Assembly (NCBI GenBank): GCA_017508195.1
Contig: JAFVZL010000044.1
Location: 4,991-68,990 of the forward strand
Origin: Clostridia bacterium
GTDB lineage: Bacteria > Bacillota > Clostridia > Oscillospirales > CAG-272
Direction: 5' to 3'
DNA: 64,000 bases
The notes under the pieces are model-generated. The model saw nothing but the letters and a program-made list of their open reading frames with translations. It was not told where the DNA came from and searched no databases. The translations under genes and the position numbers were made by a program. Shown here piece by piece: positions 43,601-54,181 of this stretch (its first letter is position 1; each line of letters begins with the position of its first letter).

Positions 43601-46006
43601 ATGAACGCAACCAACGTATCCGAAGGTATCCCCCAAGGCTTAAGCGATGCCGAGGTAAAGGCGCGTATTGCCGAGGGGAAGGTAAATACGGCAAATAAAA
43701 AGCACGGTAAGAGCTATCTTAAGATAGTGCTCGACAATCTTCTCACCTTCTTCAATCTGGTGTGGGCGATAGTCGCGGCTATTATGATAGGCTTCGGCTC
43801 GTTCGGCAACCTGACGTTTGCATTCGTCGTCGTGCCGAATATTCTGCTTGCAATAATTCAAGAGGCGAGAGCGAAGGCTGCGGTCGATAAGCTCTCGGTA
43901 ACGACTGACCCGAAGGCTACCGTTGTAAGAGACGGGGAGCTCATTGATATACCCGCAGATTCGATCGTGCTCGGTGACGTGATGCGACTCGAGATATCGA
44001 GGCAGATACTCTCTGATGCCGTAGTTATAAGCGGTGTCTGTGAGGTTAACGAGTCAATGCTCACGGGTGAGTCGGTGCCTGTAAAGAAGCAGGCGGGCGA
44101 CCGTCTTTTTGCGGGAAGCTTTCTCGTCAGCGGCTCGGTCTATGCCGAGGTCACCGCTGTCGGCAGCGACAATTACGTAAACACTCTCGAGACACAGGCG
44201 AAGAAGCACAAGGCTCCTACCTCGAACCTCTTCAGATCTCTCGACAAGCTTATCAGATGCATCGGTATCTTTATGGTTCCTATCACCGTAGGAGTTGCGA
44301 TATGCAACACCCTCGTTCTCGGCGATCAGTACAGCGGCTTCGAGCTTGCTAAGGCCGTTGCCGAAAAGACCTGCGGCTCGGTCATCGGAATGATCCCTGC
44401 GGGAATGTATCTGCTTATCACGGTAACGCTCTCTCTCAGCGTTATGATCCTCGCGCGACGCAACACTCTCGTGCAGGATATGTATTCGATAGAAATGCTC
44501 GCCAGAGCAGACGTTCTATGCCTCGACAAGACGGGTACCATCACCGACGGCACCATGCGTGTCAAGGAAATATGCTCTCTTGACGGCTCGGGCGAGGATG
44601 AGATAGCCGCGGTTATGGCGGCTATGGAGAGCGGTGACAGCGCGGTTAACGCGACATCGAAGGCTCTTATCGAGAAATTCGGTCAGTCGGGTGCTCGGAT
44701 AAAGGATCAGATAGCCTTTTCATCCTCGAGAAAGTATTCCGCTGCCGATATAGACGGTGTCGGCATCTATGCGCTCGGTGCTCCGCACTTCGTACCCTGC
44801 GAGGTGAGTGCTGAGCTCGATAATAAGATAGCGGAGTATGCATCGCGCGGTGAGCGAGTGCTCCTTCTCTCGAGGCTCTCGTCGCTCGATGCCGAAGACG
44901 GTGCTCCTCTTGCGCTGATCGCGCTCGAGGACAGGATAAGACCCGGTGCCGAGGACACCATAAGACGCTTCCAGGAGCAGGACGTAACGGTAAAGGTCAT
45001 CTCGGGTGACCACGCGCAGACGGTATCGGCAATAGCCGTTAAGGTCGGCATAAATGACGCAGATAAGTATATATCCTGTGAGAATCTCACAGATGACGAG
45101 CTTATCGAGGCAGTAGAAAAATACGCAGTGTTCGGAAGGGTGACCCCCGAACAAAAGGTCATCATTGTTAATACAATGAAGAAGGCGGGTCACACCGTCG
45201 CTATGACGGGAGACGGCGTAAACGATACGCTCGCTCTCAAGGAGGCTAACTGTGCCATCGCTATGGCTGACGGCAGTGAGGTCGCACGCGCTATCTCGCA
45301 GATAGTTCTCATGGATTCCGACTTTAGTCACCTGCCCGAGGTCGTAAGAGAGGGAAGAAGATGCATCAACAACGTGCGCGGCTCTGCGGCACTCTTCGTT
45401 ATGAAGACCATCTTCACGATGCTCATATCCGTGTTCTCGGTAGTGACTCTTACGGCTTATCCCTTCGCACCCAACAACTTCCTCTTCCTCGAGTTCTTCG
45501 TTATCGGTATCGCATCCTTCCTTCTTGCGTTCGAGCCGAATAATAAGAGAATAGAGGGTAACTTCATCGAATATGTTATGACGCGCAGTCTGCCGTACGC
45601 GATAGCAATGTTCGTGCCTACGCTGACTCTCCTTATCGTTCAGGCTTATACTCCCATACCCATGACTCTCGAGATACGCGACACTATCTGTATGATAGTC
45701 GTAACTCTTGTCGGATATATCAACCTCACGAATATTTGCCGCCCCTACACCAAGTGGCGGGTCGGCGTTGCCGTAGGTATCGGTGTCGCTCTCCTTGTCG
45801 GTATGGTGGGTGTCGGACTTCTCGACCACTTCCTTCTCGGCGGCTCGGAGTTCGCTATGGCGGGCGCGTTCAAGAGCCCTGTGGTATTCGCACTTTCGTG
45901 CGTGCTCGGTGTGTCGATGGCGTTCCTTATGCACCTTCTTCGCGACAGCGTCGGCAAATTTGTCGGCTTTATCGCAAGGAAGTTAAACAAGAGCGAGCAG
46001 GCGTAA
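43601..46006 (+). CDS. Cation-transporting P-type ATPase (CtpE-like)
   Basis: LTGES, DKTGT, SGD, MTGDGVND. Confidence 0.93.
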   Translation: MNATNVSEGIPQGLSDAEVKARIAEGKVNTANKKHGKSYLKIVLDNLLTFFNLVWAIVAAIMIGFGSFGNLTFAFVVVPNILLAIIQEARAKAAVDKLSVTTDPKATVVRDGELIDIPADSIVLGDVMRLEISRQILSDAVVISGVCEVNESMLTGESVPVKKQAGDRLFAGSFLVSGSVYAEVTAVGSDNYVNTLETQAKKHKAPTSNLFRSLDKLIRCIGIFMVPITVGVAICNTLVLGDQYSGFELAKAVAEKTCGSVIGMIPAGMYLLITVTLSLSVMILARRNTLVQDMYSIEMLARADVLCLDKTGTITDGTMRVKEICSLDGSGEDEIAAVMAAMESGDSAVNATSKALIEKFGQSGARIKDQIAFSSSRKYSAADIDGVGIYALGAPHFVPCEVSAELDNKIAEYASRGERVLLLSRLSSLDAEDGAPLALIALEDRIRPGAEDTIRRFQEQDVTVKVISGDHAQTVSAIAVKVGINDADKYISCENLTDDELIEAVEKYAVFGRVTPEQKVIIVNTMKKAGHTVAMTGDGVNDTLALKEANCAIAMADGSEVARAISQIVLMDSDFSHLPEVVREGRRCINNVRGSAALFVMKTIFTMLISVFSVVTLTAYPFAPNNFLFLEFFVIGIASFLLAFEPNNKRIEGNFIEYVMTRSLPYAIAMFVPTLTLLIVQAYTPIPMTLEIRDTICMIVVTLVGYINLTNICRPYTKWRVGVAVGIGVALLVGMVGVGLLDHFLLGGSEFAMAGAFKSPVVFALSCVLGVSMAFLMHLLRDSVGKFVGFIARKLNKSEQA

Positions 46007-46064
46007 TTTCAGAAAATCCGCGCTCATACAATAACAATTATTTACAAATTACGGGAGAAATGAT

Positions 46065-46754
46065 ATGAAAGTAACATGGCTCACACAGGCGGGACTCCTT
46101 TTTGAGTCCGATAAAATAACCGTTCTCGTTGACCCTTATCTTACCGATTCGGTGGGTGAGAGATGCGAGGAAAAGCACCGTAGAATACCTATTGACGAAA
46201 GCTTCTTCGAGGTATGCCCCGACGTCTTGCTTATCACTCATTCTCACCTCGACCACCTCGACCCGGGTACTCTTTCTCACTACCTTTCGGGTGACAGAAG
46301 TCCTGTGACCGTGCTCGCGCCCTCGGGCTCGTACGAGATGCTGAGAGAGATGGGCGGAGGACACAACTACGTGCTGCTCGACCCCCACTCCGTGTGGAGC
46401 TTTAACGGTGTTACCTTCTATTCCGTGCGTGCGGCACACAGTGATAAGGGCGCGTGCGGCTTCATCATCGACGACGGTGAGAGGACCTATTATATCAGCG
46501 GTGACACGCTCTATAATTTTGACGTTATTGATGATGTGCTCGACCTTGTTGAGACGGGTGTTGACTTTGCCTTTCTGCCGATAAACGGAGTAGGTAACAA
46601 TATGCACGCAAGGGATGCTGCCGACTTTGCATACGAGATCGGTGCTCACACCGCGATACCCGTGCATTACGGTCTTTTTGACTCTATTGATCCCTCTGAC
46701 TTCGACTTCGAGGACGCGAGAGTTCTTACGCCTTACACTCCCGAGGAGCTGTAA
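46065..46754 (+). CDS. MBL-fold metallohydrolase (UlaG-like)
   Basis: THSHLDH, SGDT, PING...NM, IPVHY. Confidence 0.9.
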   Translation: MKVTWLTQAGLLFESDKITVLVDPYLTDSVGERCEEKHRRIPIDESFFEVCPDVLLITHSHLDHLDPGTLSHYLSGDRSPVTVLAPSGSYEMLREMGGGHNYVLLDPHSVWSFNGVTFYSVRAAHSDKGACGFIIDDGERTYYISGDTLYNFDVIDDVLDLVETGVDFAFLPINGVGNNMHARDAADFAYEIGAHTAIPVHYGLFDSIDPSDFDFEDARVLTPYTPEEL

Positions 46755-46819
46755 AAGGAAAAATATACCGCATTTTTAACAAAATAATAAAAAAATTTTA
46801 ACAAAAAGGCCGACTTTCC

Positions 46820-46848
46820 TTGACAAATGCACATCCGTTTGGTAGAAT
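46820..46848 (+). promoter_or_regulatory. Sigma-A promoter
   Basis: TTGACA-17-TAGAAT with TG extension. Confidence 0.7.
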
Positions 46849-46906
46849 AGAGTCAAGCTCGCTCGGCTTTTACATATCGGGCGGCAAACACTTTTTGGAG
46901 GATACT

Positions 46907-47218
46907 ATGGCATTCGACTTTTACGAGTGGACCGGCGGCGCATCTGAGGAAGAGGTAGCAGCTCTTACTGCTCAGACCAAGAAGCGCTACTACATGTGGC
47001 TTCTCATCAGCCTTATTCCCCTCATCGGTCAGTTCACCATCGGCCTTGCAATCTTCTGCTACAACAACTATGCGATTCTCAGATCTCGCGGCAGAAACGA
47101 TGGCAACGGTCTCTGGAGACTTCTCATGATGCTTTGGGGTCTTATCATCATTCCGATCATCGAGGTACAGGCTTGTGCTCGTATCGAGGCACTTGGTAAC
47201 AAGGTTCTCGGTTGGTAA
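46907..47218 (+). CDS. Small membrane protein of unknown function
   Basis: GGAGG RBS; 103 aa with two hydrophobic regions. Confidence 0.75.
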   Translation: MAFDFYEWTGGASEEEVAALTAQTKKRYYMWLLISLIPLIGQFTIGLAIFCYNNYAILRSRGRNDGNGLWRLLMMLWGLIIIPIIEVQACARIEALGNKVLGW

Positions 47219-47221
47219 TGA

Positions 47222-47630
47222 ATGGTGCTGCCTAATTTGGGCGTAACCGAAAAAGAGTGGGGTTATCATTAATTTGGTAGCCTCGCTCTTTCTTTATATT
47301 TAGCATAGCAAAGCACATCAGCGAGCTTGATTAAAGTCCTCTTTTTCTATCTTCGTTTCCGCGCTTGGCGTACCCGTGTACGCCTATCGCTCGTCAGCCG
47401 AAGATTTCCGCTCCAAATTCGCCTAGCCCCATTATGGTGCTGCCTAATTTGGGCGTAACCGAAAAAGAGTGGAGTTATTGTTAAGTCAATAGCTCCCCTT
47501 TTTCTTTTATTAAGTCTGAGCCTTATTTTGCCACCCAACCTAGTGAAAGTCCCCTTTTTCTATCTCCGTTTCCTCGCGTTAGCGGATACTTTTCTTTTAC
47601 ACAGGTCGCCGCGATGCCCGGGGTGGATTT
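47222..47630. repeat. About 212-bp imperfect tandem duplication
   Basis: Identical 39-mer at 47222 and 47434; second homologous block at 47333 and 47546. Confidence 0.8.
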
Positions 47631-47770
47631 CATTAGGTTAAATGCTAAAAAATTCATCAATTTTATACTTTTTGTAATAGTATAGAAACAAAAAGGTGTT
47701 ATACTAAGGCTAGGGAAAGTTGATTTTTCGCGCCCGTGCGGGCGTAATACATATCTTTTCGGAGGTAATG

Positions 47771-49054
47771 ATGAACAAGAAAAAAATGCTCCTTAAGGCT
47801 ATTTCGCTGCTTTGCGTTATTGTCCTCGCGGTCGGCTCGATGTCCTCTTGTATGCTGCTCATGTCTGACGGTAACGAGGATTACATGACCGAGGAGGAGG
47901 TCAGAGATATGATCTCGGGCAGCCTCGGCACGACCACGACTGTCGAGAACGTGAACGAGTATGATATAACCATCGAGAATAACGGCAGCGCCAATCTGCT
48001 TGCGGCATCGAAGGCGGTTCTCAGCGCGGTCAGCGTGTCCTGTAATTTTAACGTTTCTTACCAGAATATATTCGGTCAGAACGTCCTCGGTGAGGAATCC
48101 TCAGCGGGTGCGGGCGTTATATATAAGCTCGATAAGACAAAGGGTGACGCCTATATCATAACCAACTATCACGTTGTTTACAACGCGAGTGCAACCGAAA
48201 ATAACGGTATCAGCAAGAGTATAAAGGTATATCTTTACGGACTCGAGAGCGCGAAATACGCGATTTCAGCAGAGTATATCGGCGGATCACTTACACAGGA
48301 TCTCGCGGTGCTGAAGGTTACGGGCAGTCAGACGCTCCTCAAGAGTAATGCCGTAGCGGCTACCTTTACAAACTCCGATGACGTATCGATACTCGATACC
48401 GCGATCGCGATAGGCAACCCTGCGGCGGGCGGTATTTCTGCTACCGTCGGATGCGTGAACGTCGACAGTGAGGAAGTAGTTATCCTCGGCTCTGATGGCA
48501 GAACCGAAATAGCCTTCAGGCTTATGAGAATTGACACGGCTGTCAACTCGGGCAACTCGGGCGGCGGTCTGTTCAACGATAAGGGTGAGCTTATCGGTAT
48601 AGTAAACGCGAAGATCACCTCATCGTCAATCGATAATATCGCGTATGCGATCCCCTCGAACATAGTAAAGGGTGTCGCGGATAATATCATCCACTACTGT
48701 GACGGTACTGATAAGGTCAACCCTTATAGATACGTTATCGGCATCACTATGGATAACTCCGAGCTTTATACCGTCTACGATGAAGAGACCGGCAAGATCC
48801 ATAAGCGCGAGGTAGTAAAGATAGCTACGATAAACGCAGGTAGTATTGCCGAGGGCAACTTCAAGGTTGGTGACATTCTTAAGAGCGTATCCATTGACGG
48901 TGCGGTCTACGAGATAAACAGGATGTTCCAGATCAAGGACTCAATGTTCCTTATCTACTCCGAGAGCGAGGTCGTGTTCACCGTTGAACGCGACGGTGCC
49001 GATGTCACCGTGCCCGTATCGTTTGCGGGCGCAGAGCCGTCTAAGGTAAACTAA
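47771..49054 (+). CDS. HtrA/DegP-like S1C serine protease with PDZ domain, probable lipoprotein
   Basis: TNYHV, DLAVL, GNSGG; signal peptide ending MSSC. Confidence 0.9.
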   Translation: MNKKKMLLKAISLLCVIVLAVGSMSSCMLLMSDGNEDYMTEEEVRDMISGSLGTTTTVENVNEYDITIENNGSANLLAASKAVLSAVSVSCNFNVSYQNIFGQNVLGEESSAGAGVIYKLDKTKGDAYIITNYHVVYNASATENNGISKSIKVYLYGLESAKYAISAEYIGGSLTQDLAVLKVTGSQTLLKSNAVAATFTNSDDVSILDTAIAIGNPAAGGISATVGCVNVDSEEVVILGSDGRTEIAFRLMRIDTAVNSGNSGGGLFNDKGELIGIVNAKITSSSIDNIAYAIPSNIVKGVADNIIHYCDGTDKVNPYRYVIGITMDNSELYTVYDEETGKIHKREVVKIATINAGSIAEGNFKVGDILKSVSIDGAVYEINRMFQIKDSMFLIYSESEVVFTVERDGADVTVPVSFAGAEPSKVN

Positions 49055-49082
49055 AGTTATAATTTAACGCGTTTTCGCGCTG

Positions 49083-49132
49083 AAAAGAGCAAGGATAGAG
49101 GATGGTCAGCCCTCTTATCCTTGCTCCTTTTT
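49083..49132 (+). terminator. Terminator after the protease gene
   Basis: GAGCAAGGATA.../...TATCCTTGCTC followed by a T-run. Confidence 0.75.
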
Positions 49133-49151
49133 TATTTATCATTCATATTCA

Positions 49152-49666
49152 CGTTCTCGCCGCGCGAGAACATATCACGCTTGCACAGCAAGCATATCGC
49201 TCCGCCACAGGCGGAATATCACGTCACCGCAAGGTGACATATCACGCTTCGCCTCGCGAAGCACACTTACTCTCTCCTCTCGTTCTCGCTGCGCGAGAAC
49301 ATATCGCGCTTGCACAGCAAGCATATCGCTCCGCCATAGGCAGAATATCGCGTCACCACAAGGTGACATATCGCGCTTCGCCAAAGCGAAGCATCCTTAC
49401 GCTCTCCTCACGTTCTCGCCGCGCGAGAACATATCACGCTTGCACAGCAAGCATATCGCTCTGCCTAAGGCGGAATATCGCGTCACCACTCGGTGACATA
49501 TCACGCTTCGCCTCGCGAAGCACACTTACTCTCTCCTCTCGTTCTCGCCGCGCGAGAACATATCGCGCTTGCACAGCAAGCATATCGCTCTGCCATAGGC
49601 GGAATATCGCGTCACCACTCGGTGACATATCGCGCTTCGCCAAAGCGAAGCATACTTACTCTCTCT
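49152..49666. repeat. Hairpin-linker array E: 4 units of 129-130 bp, five hairpins each
   Basis: Units start at 49152, 49281, 49411 and 49540; ATATC(A/G)C linkers. Confidence 0.92.
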
Positions 49667-52097
49667 TTATCCTTTTCACCACGGTGACCGACACTGAGAT
49701 ATCATCATCAGCTGCGCCGTGCTTCTTTGCGGCGGTGAGTATTGCCGAGCCGATTGCCTCGGGGGTGTTGAGTCCCGGACGTGCTATGACGTCGACGAGC
49801 CAGGGTGCCTCACCGTCTGAGCTGACACCGTCGGAGAACATTATAATGAAGTCACCGCTTTCAAGCTCGACGCGTATTCTCTCGCAGTCAAGCTCGGGCG
49901 ATAGCCCTATCGGAGAGGTGCGCGATCGTATTCTGAATAAGGATGAGCCGCGCTTTACATACGAGGGAGCGGCACCGCATTTATAGAACATTGCCTCTCC
50001 GTTTATGAGGTCGACCGTAAAGAGGTCAACGGTTGCCGAGCATTCGGTACGCCGCCTTTTGAGTATGTTGTTTACGAGGCGCAGCGCGGTTTCCGTTCCT
50101 CTGCCGAACTCGAGCGTATGCGAAAGGTAATCGGCGACAAAGCCCGATGTTCGTACGGCATCCTCTCCCGAGCCCATTCCGTCGCTTATGAGCGCGTAGT
50201 ATCTCAGCTCCTGGGTCTCGAACTCTCTTGTGGTGTCACCCGATATTTCATCGGTCATTGCCGCGCCCGCCGAGTAGGTGGATGCAGAATAGGATGCCGT
50301 TGCATGACATTCCATAAGTGCCATATTTCCTTTGCGGTAGTATTCGGGAGTGCCGAGAGTCACGCCCGCCGCATCTTCTATCGCGTGTCTTAAGGCGGGG
50401 GAGCTTACCGTGCTGCCCGATTCATCCTCGGTCGCGATTATGAAGTGCGGAGATCTTTCTCCGTAGACCTGCACGGCATAGCCGGATAGACCCATCTCGC
50501 ACAGCGCAGCCTCGGTTGCCTCTCTCAGTCTGTCGTTTGCACTCTTTTCCTCGGAATCTGCACACCTTGCCTCGTTTATCAGCTTTGAAACGTACTCGAA
50601 ATCCTCAGCCGAGGTGTCGTGCGCCCTTTCGCGGTACCTCTCCTCGGATACGATGCCGACCGCACGGTTGATAGCCTCGGTTATGCCGCTTGCGATCAAG
50701 GATAAATGCACGGGCGTGCCGAAGTCCTCTTTCACGAGCTTCTTTCCGCCCTTAAGTATAGGTATTATGCTGTCGATGCGCTCGGTAAAAGCGAGCTTTG
50801 CCTCATCACCGCCCGGTATATGAGCGCCCTCGGAGTCAAAATATCTCGTGATACATTCGGTAGCAAGTCTTTTTAATTCGTCCGTCCGTATCTCGGTATC
50901 GCGCTCTCTTGCACTCCGACTTACGGTAGAAAGCGAAGCAAAGGAGCTTTCGAGTGTATCGAGCGCGCCTGTGTACTTGCTTTTATATGAAAGTGCCATA
51001 GTGCCGACCATATCCTCGGCAATACTCTGTGCAGATGCGACCTCCTCCTTAGTGCGCTCGAGCTTCGTCTTCTTGAAAAGCGGTATGGCAAGTGCCGCCG
51101 CTATCGCGTACTCCGGAAAGACGGTCAGAAATCCTACGGTGCCGTCAATGTATCCGCCCCATGCCGAAAGAGCAACGCCTCCGAGGATGGCGGCGGAGAT
51201 CATTCCGAGCGACGAAAGCGCGCCTGCGACAATGCCGACGAGCATAAACGCGACAGAATAAATACCCGACAGTCCAACCGATGAGGCAAATCCGACCACA
51301 GCTCCGTAAAGCGCACCGAATCTGCGAGAGGTGAACAGGGTTATCAGCCCGGCAAAGACAAAGCCGACCGATACACCGATAAGCTCGTACGCACCGAGCG
51401 ATATAGATATAAGGAAGATGCCGAACAGGGCAGAGCACTTGAAGAATATGAGCGAGCGCTCATCGGACTTGCTCGCACCTCTTGCCGAGAATACGTCTGT
51501 GTTATCAAGAAAAATTGCGCTCGGTGAAATACCTGCATCAAACAGGCCCGAAAGCGAAAAGGTGACCAGCGGCGGCAGAATGACCATCGATGCACCGAAG
51601 AGTGCCGACTCGGTAGTAAAGGAGTTCAGAAGTATTTCGTAGACCGCTACGATAAAGCCGCCGATAAGCGCCGAGGACATTCTTAAGAGAATTCCCTCAC
51701 CGAAAAGAGACGGTGTACCCTCGTCCCTGGTGTGCTTGTCCGTGGCGGATATTATCACGCGCAAAAAGGCGACGATGACAGATATCATCGCGTAGATTAT
51801 CCCCTCGCTGCCGAGTGTCAGCGCACCGGCAACCGAGCCGAGCACCGCGAACCAGACGCGGGAAGGTAGAACGGCAATAGCGCCGATAGCTATCGGATAG
51901 GCTCCGAATATCAAGTGACACCTTGCAAAGATAAACGACAGTGCAAACACGGTCGCGTCGTAAACGGGGGCAACGGTGCCCTCGCGTCCGCCGGAAAATG
52001 AATTCTTTATTGCTGCAAGGAGTCCGCCCGGAAATCCCGCCTTTTTTTCATTCTCCGTTTTAATGCCCTCGGGGGCAGAGTCTTTTATTTTTTCCAT
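49656..52097 (-). CDS. spoIIE: SpoIIE-like membrane PP2C phosphatase
   Basis: About 10 N-terminal TM helices; SGD, SDGMGSG, ATVD, K.GAAPS, SDGV, DDIS. Confidence 0.82.
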   Translation of the reverse strand: MEKIKDSAPEGIKTENEKKAGFPGGLLAAIKNSFSGGREGTVAPVYDATVFALSFIFARCHLIFGAYPIAIGAIAVLPSRVWFAVLGSVAGALTLGSEGIIYAMISVIVAFLRVIISATDKHTRDEGTPSLFGEGILLRMSSALIGGFIVAVYEILLNSFTTESALFGASMVILPPLVTFSLSGLFDAGISPSAIFLDNTDVFSARGASKSDERSLIFFKCSALFGIFLISISLGAYELIGVSVGFVFAGLITLFTSRRFGALYGAVVGFASSVGLSGIYSVAFMLVGIVAGALSSLGMISAAILGGVALSAWGGYIDGTVGFLTVFPEYAIAAALAIPLFKKTKLERTKEEVASAQSIAEDMVGTMALSYKSKYTGALDTLESSFASLSTVSRSARERDTEIRTDELKRLATECITRYFDSEGAHIPGGDEAKLAFTERIDSIIPILKGGKKLVKEDFGTPVHLSLIASGITEAINRAVGIVSEERYRERAHDTSAEDFEYVSKLINEARCADSEEKSANDRLREATEAALCEMGLSGYAVQVYGERSPHFIIATEDESGSTVSSPALRHAIEDAAGVTLGTPEYYRKGNMALMECHATASYSASTYSAGAAMTDEISGDTTREFETQELRYYALISDGMGSGEDAVRTSGFVADYLSHTLEFGRGTETALRLVNNILKRRRTECSATVDLFTVDLINGEAMFYKCGAAPSYVKRGSSLFRIRSRTSPIGLSPELDCERIRVELESGDFIIMFSDGVSSDGEAPWLVDVIARPGLNTPEAIGSAILTAAKKHGAADDDISVSVTVVKRIKRE

Positions 52098-52361
52098 ATC
52101 CTCACCTCTTGGGTTTTTGCTTTAATTTTATATTAAAAGCTCTATGGAAATTGGCGCAATATGCCTGTCGCAGATTGGATGTTTTTGGTGTAAAGGAGTT
52201 GTTTTGCGGTATAACCGATTGGGAAATATCGGTGTAGAGCACCCCTTGTCGAGGTGCGCGATAAGTTCATGAATAAAAACAAAAAGAAGAGAGAGTATTT
52301 TGGCGGTTGCCGAAATACTCTCTCGCTTGTTGAAAAAATATAACTATTATTTACAAAATGC

Positions 52362-53720
52362 TTAGTTTTTAAGCGAATGAATGGGTGCGGGTATTCTTCC
52401 GCCACGGGAAATGAACGCCTCGCACGACTCGTTCTTCAGAGGGATGATGGGGGCGTAGCCGAGCAGACCGCCGAACTCTGCGACCTCTCCGACACCCTTA
52501 CCCCATACGGGGATAACTCTGACTGCGGTGGTCTTGGTGTTTACTACACCGATGGATATCTCGTCTGCAATGATACCCGAGATGGTAGCTGCCGAGGTGT
52601 CACCGGGTATGGCTATCATGTCAAGGCCAACCGAGCATACTGCGGTCATTGCCTCGAGCTTTTCAAGGGTGAGTGTTCCGCACTTTACGGCATCTATCAT
52701 GCCTCTGTCCTCGGATACGGGGATGAACGCGCCCGAAAGACCGCCAACGTGGCTCGATGCCATGACTCCGCCCTTCTTTACCGCATCGTTAAGGAGTGCG
52801 AGGGCGGCGGTGGTGCCGTGTGTTCCGCAACGCTCAAGACCCATATTCTCGAGTATCTCGGCAACGGAGTCACCTGCTGCCGGTGTAGGTGCGAGTGAGA
52901 GGTCTACTATTCCATAGGGCACACCGAGACGGGATGCCGCCTCTGCCGCGATAAGCTGGCCTACTCTCGTTATCTTGAAAGCAATTTTCTTAACAGTGTC
53001 GGCAAGGGTCGAGAAGTCGCAGCTGCCCGCCTTTTTAATAGCGGCGGCAACTACGCCGGGGCCGCTGACACCGACGTTGATGACCGTGTCGGGCTCGCCT
53101 ATGCCGTGGAGCGCGCCTGCCATGAAGGGGTTATCCTCGGGTATGTTTGCAAAGACAACGAGCTTCGCACAGCCGAGGGAGTCCTCCTCACGGGTGAGGT
53201 AGGCGGTCTCCTTTATGATCTCGCCCATCTTCTTTACCGCGTCCATATTGATGCCTGCCTTGGTCGATGCCACGTTGACCGAGGAGCAGATATGGTCGGT
53301 CTCGGTGAGAGCCTGGGGGATAGCCTCGATGAGGCTTGCGGCACCCTTTGTCGCGCCCTTCTGAACGAGGGCGGAGAAGCCGCCGATGAAGTTGACACCG
53401 AGGGTACTCGCACAGCGCTCGAGCGTGTGAGCAAGTCTTACGAAGCCGTCGGGAGAGAGTCCCGCACCGATGAGCGAGATGGGGGTGACGGATATGCGCT
53501 TGTTTACGATCGGGATACCGTAGGTGCGCTCGAGATCCTCGGCAACTCTTACGAGATTCTTCGCCGAGGTGGTGATCTTGTCGTAGATCTTTTCCTCAAG
53601 GCGCGCGGGATCGTCGGAAATACAATCGAACAGGGAAATACCCATAGTGACGGTACGGATATCGAGGTTCTCCTCGCGTATCATCGTTATGGTTTCGAGA
53701 ATGTCTGTGGTGTTAAGCAT
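52362..53720 (-). CDS. PFL-like DUF711/UPF0210 family protein
   Basis: [39 protein letters not shown]. Confidence 0.92.
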   Translation of the reverse strand: MLNTTDILETITMIREENLDIRTVTMGISLFDCISDDPARLEEKIYDKITTSAKNLVRVAEDLERTYGIPIVNKRISVTPISLIGAGLSPDGFVRLAHTLERCASTLGVNFIGGFSALVQKGATKGAASLIEAIPQALTETDHICSSVNVASTKAGINMDAVKKMGEIIKETAYLTREEDSLGCAKLVVFANIPEDNPFMAGALHGIGEPDTVINVGVSGPGVVAAAIKKAGSCDFSTLADTVKKIAFKITRVGQLIAAEAASRLGVPYGIVDLSLAPTPAAGDSVAEILENMGLERCGTHGTTAALALLNDAVKKGGVMASSHVGGLSGAFIPVSEDRGMIDAVKCGTLTLEKLEAMTAVCSVGLDMIAIPGDTSAATISGIIADEISIGVVNTKTTAVRVIPVWGKGVGEVAEFGGLLGYAPIIPLKNESCEAFISRGGRIPAPIHSLKN

Positions 53721-53989
53721 CAGATCTTGTGCATGCTGTTGAAGATATCCTCGTGCATAACGCGGATATCAACGCCGCTCTCCTTTCCCTTAAGCTCCAT
53801 GCTCTCGGCAAAGCCCTTAAAATCGGTGGTGAGACCGTCGAGCTCGACGAGCATGATCATCGCAAAATATTCCTTAAGAACGGTCTGGCTGATATCGATG
53901 ATGTTCGCACCGAATTTGGCACACTCGGTGCTCGCCATGGCGATGATACCGACCTTATCCTTACCTGTAACCGTTAAAACTGCCTTCAT
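53720..53989 (-). CDS. ACT domain protein (UPF0237)
   Basis: [12 protein letters not shown]...NIIDISQT...IFNSMHKI; usual partner of DUF711. Confidence 0.9.
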   Translation of the reverse strand: MKAVLTVTGKDKVGIIAMASTECAKFGANIIDISQTVLKEYFAMIMLVELDGLTTDFKGFAESMELKGKESGVDIRVMHEDIFNSMHKI

Positions 53990-54181
53990 ATCCTTACCTC
54001 GTGAGTTATATTGCCGACAGGGAAAAGCACCCCGCGGCAGAGCTTATGAATACTTTACTACATTCTTTGCTGTTTGTCAATAGTTTTGTCTTGAAATCGG
54101 AAGTGTGATATGGTAAAATTATATCGTCGGGAGACGATATGATAACACTGCACGCCACACGCGGGCACGGGAGAAGTATAT

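Noticed and set aside
44720-45934. 404-aa minus-strand ORF
   Set aside because: Antisense to the P-type ATPase
49102-49986. 294-aa plus-strand ORF with internal repeats, or a CRISPR array
   Set aside because: It is a translation of hairpin array E running antisense into spoIIE; units change frame and have no unique spacers
52142-52360. Spo0A boxes upstream of the spoIIE-like gene
   Set aside because: Only one TGNCGAA match (near 52308) plus weak variants; not distinguishable from chance
53106-54083. 325-aa plus-strand ORF
   Set aside because: Antisense to the DUF711 and ACT genes
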